Origin: Eledone cirrhosa
Taxonomy: Eukaryota
Length of the DNA stretch: 64,000 bases
Direction: 5' to 3'
Assembly: GCA_964016885.1 (NCBI GenBank)
Contig: OZ024741.1
Coordinates: 19,406,001-19,470,000 of the forward strand
Shown here: one piece after another, positions 38,088 to 52,692 of the stretch
Layout: the number at the start of each line of letters is the position of its first letter
Numbering within the stretch: position 1 is the first letter of the stretch
Notes under the pieces: model-generated
The model's database searches: none
The model's input: the letters and a program-made list of their open reading frames with translations, nothing else
What the model was told of the DNA's origin: nothing
Position numbers and translations under genes: made by a program

Positions 38088-41000
38088 CAAGGCAGGCGAC
38101 ACCAAGCCTAGATTTGGTAGAAAGCAGGTGACATCAAGCCGAGATGTGGTAGCAAGCAGGTGACATCAAGCCTAGGTGTGGTAGCAAGACAGGTGATACC
38201 AAGCCTAGATATGGTAGGAAGACAGGTGATACCAAGCCTAGATGAGGTAGCAAGACAGGTGATACCAAGTCTAGATATGGTAGCAAGGCAGGTGATACCA
38301 AGCCTAGGTGTGGTAGCAAGACAGGTGATACCAATCCTAGATGTGGTAGCAAGACAGGTGATACCAAGCCTAGATATGGTAGCAAGACAGGTGATACCAA
38401 GCCTAGATGTGGTAGCAAGACAGGTGATACCAAGCCTAGATGTGGTAGCAAGACAGGTGATACCAAGCCTAGATATGGTAGCAAGACAGGTGATACCAAG
38501 TCTAGAGATGTGGTAGCAAGACAGCTGATACCAAGCCTAGATGTGGTAGCAAGACAGGTGATACCAAGCCTAGATATGGTAGCTAGACAGGTGATACCAA
38601 GCCTAGGTGTGGTAGCAAGACAGGTGATACCAAGCCTAGATGTGGTAGCAAGACAGGTGATACCAAGCCTAGATATGGTAGCAAGACAGGTGATACCAAG
38701 CCTAGATGTGGTAGAAAGACAGGTGATACCAAGCCTAGATGTGGTAGCAAGACAGGTGATACCAAGCCTAGATATGGTAGCAAGACAGGTGATACCAAGT
38801 CTAGAGATGTGGTAGCAAGACAGCTGATACCAAGCCTAGATGTGGTAGCAAGACAGGTGATACCAAGCCTAGATATGGTAGCTAGACAGGTGATACCAAG
38901 CCTAGATATGGTAGCAAGACAGGTGATACCAAGCCTAGATGTGGTAGCAAGACGAGTGATACCAATCCAAGATATGGTAGCAAGACAGGTGATACCAATC
39001 CTAGATATGGTAGCAAGACAGGTGATACCAAGCCTAGATATGGTAGCAAGACAGGTGATACCAAGCCTAGATGTGGTAGCAAGACAAGTGATACCAAGCC
39101 TAGATATGGTAGCAAGACAGGTGATACCAAGCCTAGATATGGTAGCTAGACAGGTGATACCAAGCCTAGATGTGGTAGAAAGACAGGTGATACCAAGCCT
39201 AGATGTGGTAGCAAGACAGGTGATACCAAGCCTAGATGTGGTAGCAACACAGGTGATACCAAGCCTAGATGTGGTAGCAAGACAAGTGATACCAAGCCTA
39301 GATGTGGTAGCAAGACAGGTGATACCAAGCCTAGATGTGGTAGAAAGACAGGTGATACCAAGCCTAGATATGGTAGCAAGACAGATGATACCAAGCCTAG
39401 ATGTGGTAGCAAGACAGGTGATACCAAGCCTAGATATGGTAGCAAGACAGGTGATACCAAGCCTAGATATGGTAGCAAGACAGGTGATACCAAGCCTAGA
39501 TATGGTAGCTAGACAGGTGATACTAAGCCTAGATATGGTAGCAAGACAGGTGATACCAAGCCTAGATGTGGTAGCAAGACAGGTGATACCAAGCCTAGAT
39601 GTGGTAGCAAGACAGGTGATACCAAGCCTAGATATGGTTGCTAGACAGGTGATACCGAGCCTAGATATGGTAGCAAGACAGGTGATAACAAGCCTAGATG
39701 TGGTAGAAAGACAGGTGATACCAAGCCTAGATGTGGTAGCAAGACAGGTGATACCAAGCCTAGATATGGTAGCAAGACAGTTGATACCAAGCCTAGATAT
39801 GGTAGCTAGACAGGTGATACTAAGCCTAGATATGGTAGCAAGACAGGTGATACCAAGCCTAGATATGGTAGCAAGACAGGTGATACCAAGCCTAGATGTG
39901 GTAGCAAGACAGGTGATACCAAGCCTAGATATGGTTGCTAGACAGGTGATAACGAGCCTAGATATGGTAGCAAGACAGGTGATACCAAGCCTAGATGTGG
40001 TAGCAAGACAAGTGATACCAATCCTAGATGTGGTAGCAAGAGAGGTGATACCAAGCTTAGATATGGTAGCAAGACAGGTGATACCAAGCCTAGATGTGGT
40101 AGCAAGACAAGTGATACCAAGCCTAGATATGGTAGCTAGACAGGTGATACCAAGCCTAGATGTGGTAGCAAGACAGGTGATACCAAGCCTAGATGTGGTA
40201 GCAAGCAGGTGACATCAAGCCTAGATGTGGTAGCAAGACAGGTGATACCAAGCCTAGATATGGTAGCTAGACAGGTGATACCAAGCCTAGATATGGTAGC
40301 AAGACAGGTGATACCAAGCCTAGATATGGTAGCAAGACAGTTGATACCAAGCCTAGATGTGGTAGCAAGACAAGTGATACCAAGCCTAGATATGGTAGCA
40401 AGACAGGTGATACCAAGCCTAGATATGGTAGCTAGACAGGTGATACCAAGCCTAGATGTGGTAGAAAGACAGGTGATACCAAGCCTAGATATGGTAGCAA
40501 GACTTGTGATACCAAGCCTAGATGTGGTAGCAAGACAGGTGATACCAAGCCTAGATATGGTAGCAAGACAGGTGATACCAAGCCTAGATATGGTAGCAAG
40601 AAAGGTGATACCAAGCCTAGATATGGTAGCAAGACAGGTGATACCAAGCCTAGATGTGGTAGAAAGACAGGTGATACCAAGCCTAGATATGGTAGCTAGA
40701 CAGGTGATACCAAGCCTAGATATGGTAGCAAGACAGGTGATACCAAGCCTAGATGTGGTAGCAAGACAGGTGATACCAAGCCAAGATGTGGTAGCAAGAC
40801 AGGTGATACCAAGCCTAGATATGGTTGCTAGACAGGTGATACCGAGCCTAGATGTGGTAGCTAGACAGATGATACCAAGCCTAGATATGGTAGCAAGACA
40901 GGTGATACCAATCCTAGATATGGTAGCAAGACAGGTGATACCAAGCCTAGATATGGTAGCAAGACAGGTGATACCAAGCCTAGATAGGGTAGCAAGACAG

Positions 41001-44000
41001 GTGATACCCAGCCTAGATGTGGTAGCAAGACAGGTGATACCAAGCCTAGATGTGGTAGAAAGACAGGTGATACCAAGCCTAGATATGGTAGCAAGACAGG
41101 TGATACCAAGCCTAGATATGGTAGCAAGACAGGTGATACCCAGCCTAGATATGGTAGCAAGATAGGTGATACCAATCCTAGATATGTTAGCAAGACAGGT
41201 GATACCACGCCTAGATATGGTAGCAAGACAGATGATACCAAGCCTAGATGTGGTAGCAGGACAAGTGATACCAAGCCTAGATGTGGTAGCAAGGCAAGTG
41301 ATACCAAGCCTAGATATGGTAGCAAGACAGGTGATACCAAGCCTAGATGTGCTAGAAAGACAGGTGATACCAAGCCTAGATGTGGTAGCAAGACAGGTGA
41401 TACCAAGCCTAGATGTGGTAGCAACACAGGTAATACCGAGCCTAGATGTGGTAGCAAGACAAGTGATACCAAGCCTAGATGTGGTAGCAAGACAGGTGAT
41501 ACCAAGCCTAGATGTGGTAGAAAGACAGGTGATACCAAGCCTAGATATGGTAGCAAGACTTGTGATACCAAGCCTAGATGTGGTAGCAAGACAGGTGATA
41601 CCAAGCCTAGATATGGTAGCAAGAGAGGTGATACCAAGCCTAGATATGGTAGCAAGACATGTGATACCACGCCTAGATATGGTAGCAAGACAGGTGATAC
41701 CAAGCCTAAATGTGGTAGCAAGACAGGTGATACCAATCCTAGATATGGTAGCAAGACAGGTGATACCAAGCCTAGATGTGGTAGCAACACAGGTAATACC
41801 GAGCCTAGATGTGGTAGCAAGACAAGTGATACCAAGCCTAGATGTGGTAGCAAGACAGGTGATACCAAGCCTAGATGTGGTAGAAAGACAGGTGATACCA
41901 AGCCTAGATATGGTAGCAAGACTTGTGATACCAAGCCTAGATGTGGTAGCAAGACAGGTGATACCAAGCCTAGATATGGTAGCAAGAGAGGTGATACCAA
42001 GCCTAGATATGGTAGCAAGACAGGTGATACCAAGCCTAGATGTGGTAGAAAGACAGGTGATACCAAGCCTAGATGTGGTAGCAAGACAGGTGATACCAAG
42101 CCTAGGTATGTTAGCAAGACAGTTGATACCGAGCCTAGATATGGTAGCTAGACAGGTGATACCAAGCCTAGATATGGTAGCAAGACAGGTGATACCAAGC
42201 CTAGATATGGTTGCTAGACAGGTGATACCGAGCCTAGATGTGGTAGCTAGACAGGTGATACCAAGCCTAAATGTGGTAGCAAGACAGGTGATACCAATCC
42301 TAGATATGGTAGCAAGACAGGTGATACCACGCCTAGATATGGTAGCAAGACAGGTGATACCAAGCCTAAATGTGGTAGCAAGACAGGTGATACCAATCCT
42401 AGATATGGTAGCAAGACAGGTGATACCAAGCCTAGATATGGCAGCAAGACAGGTGATACCAAGCCTAGATGTGGTAGCAAGACAGGTGATACCAAGCCTA
42501 GATATGGTAGCAAGACAGGTGATACCAAGCCTAGATATGGTAGCAAGACAGGTGATACCAAGCCTAGATATGGTAGCAAGACAGGTGATACCAAGCCTAG
42601 ATGTGGTAGCAAGACAAGTGATACCAAGCCTAGATATGGTAGCAAGACAGGTGATACCAAGCCTAGATATGGTAGCTAGACAGGTGATACCAAGCCTAGA
42701 TGTGGTAGCAACACAGGTGATACCAAGCCTAGATGTGGTAGCAAGACAAGTGATACCAAGCCTAGATGTGGTAGCAAGACAGGTGATACCAAGCCTAGAT
42801 GTGGTAGAAAGACAGGTGATACCAAGCCTAGATATGGTAGCAAGACTTGTGATACCAAGCCTAGATGTGGTAGCAAGACAGGTGATACCAAGCCTAGATA
42901 TGGTAGCAAGACAGGTGATACCAAGCCTAGATATGGTAGCAAGACAGGTGATACCAAGCCTAGATATGGTAGCAAGACAGGTGATACAAAGCCTAGATGT
43001 GGTAGAAAGACAGGTGATACCAAGCCTACATATGGTAGCTAGACAGGTGATACCAAGCCTAGATATGGTAGCAAGACAGGTGATACCAAGCCTAGATGTG
43101 GTAGCAAGACAGGTGATACCAAGCCAAGATGTGGTAGCAAGACAGGTGATACCAAGCCTAGATATGGTTGCTAGACAGGTGATACTGAGCCTAGATGTGG
43201 TAGCTAGACAGATGATACCAAGCCTAGATATGGTAGCAAGACAGGTGATACCAATCCTAGATATGGTAGCAAGACTGGTGATACCAAGCCTAGATATGGT
43301 AGCAAGACAGGTGATACCAAGCCTAGATATGGTAGCAAGACAGGTGATACCCAGCCTAGATGTGGTAGCAAGACAGGTGATACCAAGCCTAGATGTGGTA
43401 GAAAGACAGGTGATACCAAGCCTAGATATGGTAGCAAGACAGGTGATACCAAGCCTAGATATGGTAGCAAGACAGGTGATACCAAGCCTAGATATGGTAG
43501 CAAGACAGGTGATACCCAGCCTAGATATGGTAGCAAGACAGGTGATACCAATCCTAGATATGGTAGCAAGACAGGTGATACCACGCCTAGATATGGTAGC
43601 AAGACAGATGATACCAAGCCTAGATGTGGTAGCAAGACAAGTGATACCAAGCCTAGATATGGTTGCTAGACAGGTGATACCGAGCCTAGATGTGGTAGCT
43701 AGACAGGTGATACCAAGCCTAAATGCGGTAGCAAGACAGGTGATACCAATCCTAGATATGGTAGCAAGACAGGTGATACCACGCCTAGATATGGTAGCAA
43801 GACAGGTGATACCAAGCCTAGATATGGTAGCAAGACAGGTGATACCAATCCTAGATATGGTAGCAAGACAGGTGATACCACCCCTAGATATGGTAGCAAG
43901 ACAGATGATAACAAGCCTAGATGTGGTAGCAAGACAAGTGATACCAAGCCTAGATGTGGTAGCAAGACAAGTGATACCAAGCCTAGATATGGTAGCAAGA

Positions 44001-47000
44001 CAGGTGATACCAAGCCTAGATATGGTAGCAAGACAGGTGATACCAAGCCTAGATATGGCAGCAAGACAGGTGATACCAAGCCTAGATATGGTAGCAAGAC
44101 AGGTGATACCAAGCCTAGATATGGTAGCAAGACAGGTGATACCCAGCCTAGATGTGGTAGCAAGACAGGTGATACCAAGCCTAGATATGGTAGCAAGACA
44201 GGTGATACCACGCCTAGATATGGTAGCAAGACAGATGATACCAAGCCTAGATGTGGTAGCAAGTCAAGTGATACCAAGCCTAGATGTGGTAGCAAGACAA
44301 GTGATACCAAGCCTAGATATGGTAGCAAGACAGGTGATACCAAGCCTAGATGTGGTAGAAAGACAGGTGATACCAAGCCTAGATGTGGTAGCTAGACAGG
44401 TGATACCAAGCCTAGATGTGGTAGAAAGACAGGTGATACCAAGCCTAGATATGGTAGCAAGACTTGTGATACCAAGCCTAGATGTGGTAGCAAGACAGGT
44501 GATACCAAGCCTAGATATGGTAGCAAGAGAGGAGATACCAAGCCTAGATATGGTAGCAAGACATGTGATACCAAGCCTAGATATGGGAGCAAGACAGGTG
44601 ATACCAAGCCTAGATGTGGTAGCAAGACAGGTGATACCAAGCCTAGATATGGTAGCCAGACAGGTGATACCAAGCCTAGATATGTTAGCAAGACAGGTGA
44701 TACCAAGCCTAGATATGGTAGCAAGACAGGTGATACCAAGCCTAGATGTGGTAGCAAGACAGGTGATACCAAGCCTAGATGTGGTAGAAAGACAGGTGAT
44801 ACCAAGCCTAGATATGGTAGCAAGACAAGTGATACCAAGCCTAGATATGGTAGCAAGACAGGTGATACCCAGCCTAGATATGGTAGCAAGATAGGTGATA
44901 CCAATCCTAGATATGTTAGCAAGACAGGTGATACCACGCCTAGATATGGTAGCAAGACAGATGATACCAAGCCTAGATGTGGTAGCAGGACAAGTGATAC
45001 CAAGCCTAGATGTGGTAGCAAGGCAAGTGATACCAAGCCTAGATATGGTAGCAAGACAGGTGATACCAAGCCTAGATGTGCTAGAAAGACAGGTGATACC
45101 AAGCCTAGATGTGGTAGCAAGACAGGTGATACCAAGCCTAGATGTGGTAGCAACACAGGTAATACCGAGCCTAGATGTGGTAGCAAGACAGGTGATACCA
45201 AGCCTAGATGTGGTAGAAAGACAGGTGATACCAAGCCTAGATATGGTAGCAAGACTTGTGATACCAAGCCTAGATGTGGTAGCAAGACAGGTGATACCAA
45301 GCCTAGATATGGTAGCAAGACAGGTGATACCAAGCCTAGATGTGGTAGCAAGACAGGTGATACCAAGCCTAGATGTGGTAGCAAGACAGGTGATACCAAA
45401 CCTCGATATGGTAGCAAGACAGGTGATACCAAGCCTAGATATGGTAGCAAGACAGGTGATACCAAGCCTAGATGTGGTAGCAAGACAGGTGATACCAAGC
45501 CTAGATATGGTAGCAAGACAGGTGATACCAAGCCTAGATATGGTAGCAAGACAGGTGATACCAAGCCTAGATGTGGTAGCAAGACAGGTGATACCAAGCC
45601 TAGATATGGTAGCAAGACAGGTGATACCAAGCCTAGATATGGTAGCAAGACAGGTGATACCAAGCCTAGATGTGGTAGCAAGACAGGTGATACCAAGCCT
45701 AGATATGGTAGCAAGACAGGTGATACCAAGCCTAGATATGGTAGCAAGACAGGTGATACCAAGCCTAGATGTGGTAGCAAGACAAGTGATACCAAGCCTA
45801 GATATGGTAGCAAGACAGGTGATACCAAGCCTAGATATGGTAGCTAGACAGGTGATACCAAGCCTAGATGTGGTAGAAAGACAGGTGATACCAAGCCTAG
45901 ATGTGGTAGCAAGACAAGTGATACCAAGCCTAGATGTGGTAGCAACACAGGTGATACCAAGCCTAGATGTGGTAGCAAGACAAGTGATACCAAGCCTAGA
46001 TGTGGTAGCAAGACAGGTGATACCAAGCCTAGATGTGGTAGAAAGACAGGTGATACCAAACCTAGATATGGTAGCAAGACAGGTGATACCAAGCCTAGAT
46101 ATGGTAGCAAGACAGGTGATACCAAGCCTAGATATGGTAGCAAGACAGGTGATACCAAGCCTAGATGTGGTAGAAAGACAGGTGATACCAAGCCTAGATG
46201 TGGTAGCAAGACAGGTGATACCAAGCCTAGATATGGTAGCAAGACAGTTGATACCAAGCCTAGATATTGTAGCTAGACAGGTGATACCAAGCCTAGATAT
46301 GGTAGCAAGACAGGTGATACCAAGCCTAGATATGGTAGCAAGACAGGTGATACCAAGCCTAGATGTGGTAGCAAGACAGGTCATACAAAGCCTAGATATG
46401 GTAGCAAGACAGGTGATACCAAGCCTAGATATGGTAGCAAGACAGGTGATACCAAGCCTAGATATGGTAACAAGACAGGTGATACCAATCCTAGATATGG
46501 TAGTTAGACAGGTGATACCAAGCCTAGATGTGGTAGCAAGACAGGTGATACCAATCCTCGATATGGTAGCAAGACAGGTGATACCAAGCCTAGATATGGT
46601 AGCAAGACAGGTGATACCAAGCCTAGATGTGGTAGCAAGACAGGTGATACCAAGCCTAGATATGGTAGCAAGACAGGTGATACCAAGCCTTGATATGGTA
46701 GCAAGACAGGTGATACCAAGCCCAGATGTGGTAGCAAGACAGGTGATACCAAGCCTAGATGTGGTAGCAAGACAGGTGATACCAAGCCTAGATATGGTAG
46801 CAAGACAGGTGATACCAATCCTAGATATGGTAGCAAGACAGGTGATACCAAGCCTAGATGTGGTAGCAAGACAGGTGATACCAAGCCTAGATGTGGTAGC
46901 AAGACAAGTGATACCAAGTCTAGAGATGGTAGCAAGACATGTGATACCAAGCCTAGGTGTGGTAGCAAGACAGGTGATACCAAGCCTAGATATCGTAGCA

Positions 47001-47826
47001 AGACAGGTGATACCAAGCCTAGATATGGTAGCAAGACAGATGATAACAAGCCTAGATGTGGTAGCAAGACAAGTGATACCAAGCCTAGATGTGGTAGCAA
47101 GACAAGTGATACCAAGCCTAGATATGGTAGCAAGACAGGTGATACCAAGCCTAGATATGGTAGCAAGACAGGTGATACCAAGCCTAGATATGGCAGCAAG
47201 ACAGGTGATACCAAGCCTAGATATGGTAGCAAGACAGGTGATACCAAGCCTAGATATGGTAGCAAGACAGGTGATACCCAGCCTAGATGTGGTAGCAAGA
47301 CAGGTGATACCAAGCCTAGATATGGTAGCAAGACAGGTGATACCACGCCTAGATATGGTAGCAAGACAGGTGATACCACGCCTAGATGTGGTAGCAAGAC
47401 AGGTGATACCAAGCCTAGATATGGTAGCAAGAGAGGAGATACCAAGCCTAGATATGGTAGCAAGACATGTGATACCAAGCCTAGATATGGTAGCAAGACA
47501 GGTGATACCAAGCCTAGATGTGGTAGCAAGACAGGTGATACCAAGCCTAGATATGGTAGCAAGACAGGTGATACCAAGCCTAGATATGTTAGCAAGACAG
47601 GTGATACCAAGCCTAGATATGGTAGCAAGACAGGTGATACCAAGCCTTGATATGGTAGTTAGACAGGTGATACCAAGCCTAGATGTGGTAGCAAGACAAT
47701 TGATACCAAGTCTAGAGATGGTAGCAAGACAGGTGATACGAAGCCTAGGTGTGGTAGCAAGACAGGTGATACGAAGCCTAGATATGGTAGCAAGACAGGT
47801 GATACCAAGCCTAGATATGGTAGCTA
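38088..47826. repeat. 33-bp minisatellite (GCAAGACAGGTGATACCAAGCCTAGATRTGGTA)n, ~295 copies
   Basis: Directly visible; more degenerate units at both edges. Confidence 0.98.
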
Positions 47827-48699
47827 ACAACGTGAAAAGGTTTATAATATGGTGATCAACATGGGGTCCTAGTATAATAAATATTAGTATGTAACTTGGA
47901 AAGTGGATATAAACAACGATGAAACACAAGCATCTATTCTCCTCTTCAACCATCCCCGTACAAACCTGGATATCCAGAGTTTAGATGAAGAATAGAATAG
48001 ATGATCATATTCCTCTACCATTTATCTTCCTTTTTATTTGTGTACAAATTTTATATGTGCTTGCTTGCTTTTCTTCTGGCAGTTTTCGAAGTTTGTCTCT
48101 CGGATTGTGTGGCATTGTAGTGATGTTTCGAAAAGGTTTAAAACCAAGAAGTAAGCACAATCTGCCAAAATCTCGACGCGTCTCTTCTACATATATTTGG
48201 TTGCTGTTTCGTCTTCAGAGATCGCTACAGTGTACAGCGGGATATTTTCCGTAGTCAATTTAATGGTCAACTAACGATTTGGCATTGCTGGATGCAGCCC
48301 TTCGTCTCCACTATGACTTGACCTTCGATCCATTAATGTGCGGACTGAGGATATCGATCCTTTTAAACATTTTATATGTAAGATATGATATAATGTACAC
48401 GTTAACCATGGATAACATTTTAAAAAAATCGAAAGTGGGCAATGAAAGTATTATCTATGAACGTTGAACTTTTTCAAATGTTTATATGTAAGATATAATA
48501 TGTGAACCATGGCTAAAGTTAGACACTAAGAATGTGGGTTATCCGTGAGCCTCAAACGTTTTCTATGTAACATATGATAAAATGTAGATATCATATATCT
48601 TATACGATATAATATAGAGATTACACATAAGAATGCTGACCAACAAAAAAACACAAAAAAATCAAAAGTGGGCCTTACAAAAATATATTATCGATTCTT

Positions 48700-48985
48700 T
48701 AGTGCCATGACCAAAATGGTTCAAAAGTTCGCCTTGCAATCATTAGGTCCCGGGTTTGATGCGATTGTGTGGCACCCTAAACATGTGTTATTTAACCTTG
48801 GATAGACCCTTGGCTTGGAAGTGAAATTGAGATGGGAGCTGCTTGGACGCCAGTCGGGTGGACTGTACCTGTACCATGCCACACACTGTGTCCTGCTGGA
48901 TCTCCCTGAGAATTAAGTTAAGGTACAAGTCTCACCAACATGATGTTACGTTGATCGGACAACTCATCGTCTAAACCGACGGAGG
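48700..48985 (+). mobile_element. Degenerate tRNA-derived SINE (family-2 related)
   Basis: tRNA-like head GGTCCCGGGTTTGATGCG and body TCTCCCTGAGAATTAAGTTAAGG. Confidence 0.55.
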
Positions 48986-49320
48986 ATTATCCTCTAGATC
49001 CTCCAGTTAAGTGGTCTCTCTGCTATCGTACATGATGTTAGACGTCAGCCATGGTAGCAGTAGTGCTAGTATTAGCAGTAGTGGTAGTATTAGCAGTAGT
49101 GGTAGTTATAGCAGTATTGGTAGTATAGCAGTATTATTAACAGTAACATGAACTTCTATTACGAAGTTGTAGTCACTAACAATCACTGAAGCGTTACACT
49201 CCCCTAATGGCATTATACGACCATTTTGATTTATAAAATAAATGTTTACCGAGATGATTGCATCGATAGATTCCGATTATTTCTCTAAGATCGAATTTGA
49301 TATCATCATCATACACACAC

Positions 49321-49395
<75 letters not shown>

Positions 49396-49400
49396 TATAC

Positions 49401-49624
<224 letters not shown>

Positions 49625-49715
49625 GTGCATTGTTATAATGTTTGTTTCACTCTATATTTGCTGTATGTTTCACTTCTAAATCTCAATCTACACTCCTTCT
49701 CCCCTCTTACTCTCC

Positions 49716-49792
<77 letters not shown>

Positions 49793-49970
49793 GTCATATC
49801 TATCTATCACTCCATCGCATCCGTTCTCTTTCTCTCTGACATCTGATATACAGTAAATGTAGAATATAAGAATATAGGATTAATGGTGCGCAAGGTAGAG
49901 GATGCATGGTCATTAAACTATTACAGACGGATAGGCAGTAGGAATGGAGGGAAAATATCGAGATAGAGAC

Positions 49971-50074
<104 letters not shown>

Positions 50075-50241
50075 TTATATATATATATAAATATATGCAT
50101 ACATATATATGACTATATGTATGTATATACTATGTATGTATATATATATATATATGTATATATGTACATATATAAACATATATATATGTATGGATATATG
50201 TATGTATATACATACATATATATGCTCCGAAATCAATAGAC

Positions 50242-50330
50242 GTGTCCGAGGAAACTGCGAGTCAGGTTGATCCACACACAGATCGCACCTCGAGCTGTTC
50301 GCCGGGGAAACAATTGTAACACACAATAAA
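50242..50330 (+). ncRNA. Family-X extended-stem-II hammerhead motif, copy 3 (U4C change)
   Basis: GUGU-CCGAGGA-..GAGUCAGGUUGAUC..GAUCGCACCUCGAGCUG..-GAAA-CAAUUG-UA-ACAC, then AAUAAA. Confidence 0.7.
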
Positions 50331-50378
50331 TTGAGTTCCGATGCATCACTGATTTTTTGTTTTCCATTCTCTCTCTCT

Positions 50379-50485
<107 letters not shown>

Positions 50486-50993
50486 CTTACCACCATGTGT
50501 TTGTTTCCTTCCCTCTGTTTTTCCACTGTCCCGATAACTTAATTGAGTTATCGCTCGCACTGATTTTAGGTATCTAGTCTTTAATGCGTCGAAATACCAA
50601 CAATAATCAGCAGACTACTGATGAGGACATTTTACCCCTTGTCTATTTTTATTTATATGTTCATGTTCGCAACAACGCAGCACGCCATTCTTCATTCATT
50701 TATATATATATATATATATATATATGGATATATGTATGTATGAAACAGAAGGAAAAAGAGAGAGGTGGAGAGAGAAAGTGGGAGAGGGGAATAGTGAAAG
50801 GAGTGAGGTTGAAGCTGAGAGAGGGATGTAGATAGAGGTGAGAGATGAGGGAGAGACTTATTGCTAACAAATCAGAACATTTTCAGATGGAGGTCAAAAT
50901 AGCTATGTATATATATCTATAAACACTGATAGTTATATACATATGTATATAAACACACACACACACACATACACACACACACACACACACATA

Positions 50994-51067
<74 letters not shown>

Positions 51068-51164
51068 CAGGGAGTGTAAGACGAAGTTACTGTAGGTTCA
51101 CCCATGAGCACTCGATGTTTAGGTTCACGTCAGTGGCGAGGTGTAGAGCTAAACAGTGTGTAAA

Positions 51165-51559
51165 ATAATAATTGTTTCTACTTTTTGGCACAATGCCAGC
51201 AATTACCCCAGTGCATTACTGATACTTTATTTTATCGACCCCGAAAGGATGAAAGGCAAAGTTAACCTCGGCGGGATTTGAACTCGAACCGTAAAGGGAC
51301 GTAACTTTATGCTGCAAAGCATGGCGTCTTACCCTCTACCGATACTGCCAATCTACCGCAATCTATAACAATTGTTTCTACTTTTGGCACAAGGCCAGTA
51401 ATTACTCAGTGCATTACTGGTACTTTATTTTATCGACCCCGTAAGAATGAAAGGCAAAGTTAACCTCGGCGGGATTTGAACTCAGATCATAAAGGGCCGT
51501 AACTCTATGTTGCAAAGCGTGGCGTCGGGCCCTCTACCGATACTGCCAATCCACCACCC
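51165..51559 (-). mobile_element. Two tandem family-1 SINEs (51165-51359, 51367-51559)
   Basis: Two full head-core-tail units, head to tail. Confidence 0.9.
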
Positions 51560-51618
51560 TAGAGTGCAATACAATAATACAAGGACGAATGGTTACTCCT
51601 TCATTACGTTTATTGGCT

Positions 51619-51703
51619 GGTGACGCGAATTTCGCTACTGATCAGCTCAAGGTTCGACCTCTATTGATCTGGCCCGACTCTGGAATCGAAAGCTTGTCGG
51701 ACC
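51619..51703 (-). ncRNA. Family-X extended-stem-II hammerhead motif, copy 4 (degenerate core)
   Basis: GGU-CCGACAA-GCU..CAGAGUCGGGCCAGAUC..GGUCGAACCUUGAGCUG..AGC-GAAA-UUCGCG-UC-ACC, then AAUAAA. Confidence 0.6.
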
Positions 51704-51842
51704 TCTGTAGTAGTAATGACAGAATGAACATATATATAGCATAGAAATGTCTAACCTTCATATGTTGGACAGTTTATGTTGTTTTAATTGGTGGGTTAAT
51801 TCTGAGGTATGTTTTGGCCTGTAAGATAGGTTATGTGTGTGT

Positions 51843-51937
<95 letters not shown>

Positions 51938-51976
51938 ATGAAAGAAATATATTGAGTAGGTCCCAGTAGTACATAC

Positions 51977-52041
51977 CTTCTTCATAGTCAGGTGAAACAT
52001 ATCTGTCATGGTTCTTAATTAGTTCTGAAATAACTTGGTTT
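51977..52041 (-). CDS. Cys-loop ion channel subunit, coding exon 2 (N-terminal helix)
   Basis: TTTCTCTTTAACAG|..|GTATGT; 65 nt, phase 2/1 fits both neighbours; (R)NQVISELIKNHDRYVSPDYEE is the YD.R.RP-equivalent segment. Confidence 0.88.
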
Positions 52042-52279
52042 CTGTTAAAGAGAAAGTAAAAGTGAGACATAATTGAATTAGTTTACCATATATGAGACAA
52101 TAATCGATTAGGGGTGGTTGGTTATATTCGCAAGTAACATTTAATTATATTGATTTTATTCTAACGTATATACTGACGTAGCAAATATCGATGCAGACAG
52201 ACCGTGAGAGAGTGAGAGAGGAAGAGAGACAGAAATCAGTATGTAAATGTTTGTGGTTATGCATACGTCTATATATATA

Positions 52280-52662
52280 TATAAATATGAAACATGGCGT
52301 GCTGCGTGGTTGCAAATGGGTTACATATGAATAAATTTAGTCCTTCATCAGCGATCTTCCAGCCTTCATTGGTATTTCTCCCGTTTGACCTGTGCGAAAT
52401 TCTTTCCTTACTCACATTTCGACCAGGTTTGATGGTCTTTATTCTCTCTCGTCCACGATTTCACAGAACTTATGTTGATCGATTTCAGGGACTTGACTCC
52501 TTCTTCCTCACTTTTCGTTGCATTACCATCTTTGTTTATTTACGTGTCCCAACGACTTTCTTTAGCCGTTGCTCGCACCAACCAGAGGTATATGGTCTTT
52601 AAAGCGATGAAATACCAATGAAGGCTGGAAGATCACTGATGAAGGACTAAATTTATTCATAT
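52280..52662. mobile_element. Inverted-arm element (54-bp arms 52325-52378 / 52609-52662) with one-sided tail, in (TA)n
   Basis: One mismatch between arms, 230-bp spacer, same architecture as the other hairpin/tail elements. Confidence 0.65.
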
Positions 52663-52692
52663 ATATATATATATACATACATACATATATAT

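Noticed and set aside
1-47826. CRISPR-like appearance of the regular 33-45-bp repeats
   Set aside because: Units are contiguous with no unique spacers, there are no cas genes, and the context is a spliced eukaryotic gene
1-47826. Idea that intronic satellites are oriented to avoid AG/GT splice dinucleotides on the sense strand
   Set aside because: Holds for the 41-mer and the AAC tract but not for the CTA tract or the 33-mer, so there is no consistent pattern
38134-47953. Long VARQVIPSLDM-type ORFs
   Set aside because: 33-bp satellite open in several frames on both strands, with frameshifts and stops and no unique coding flanks
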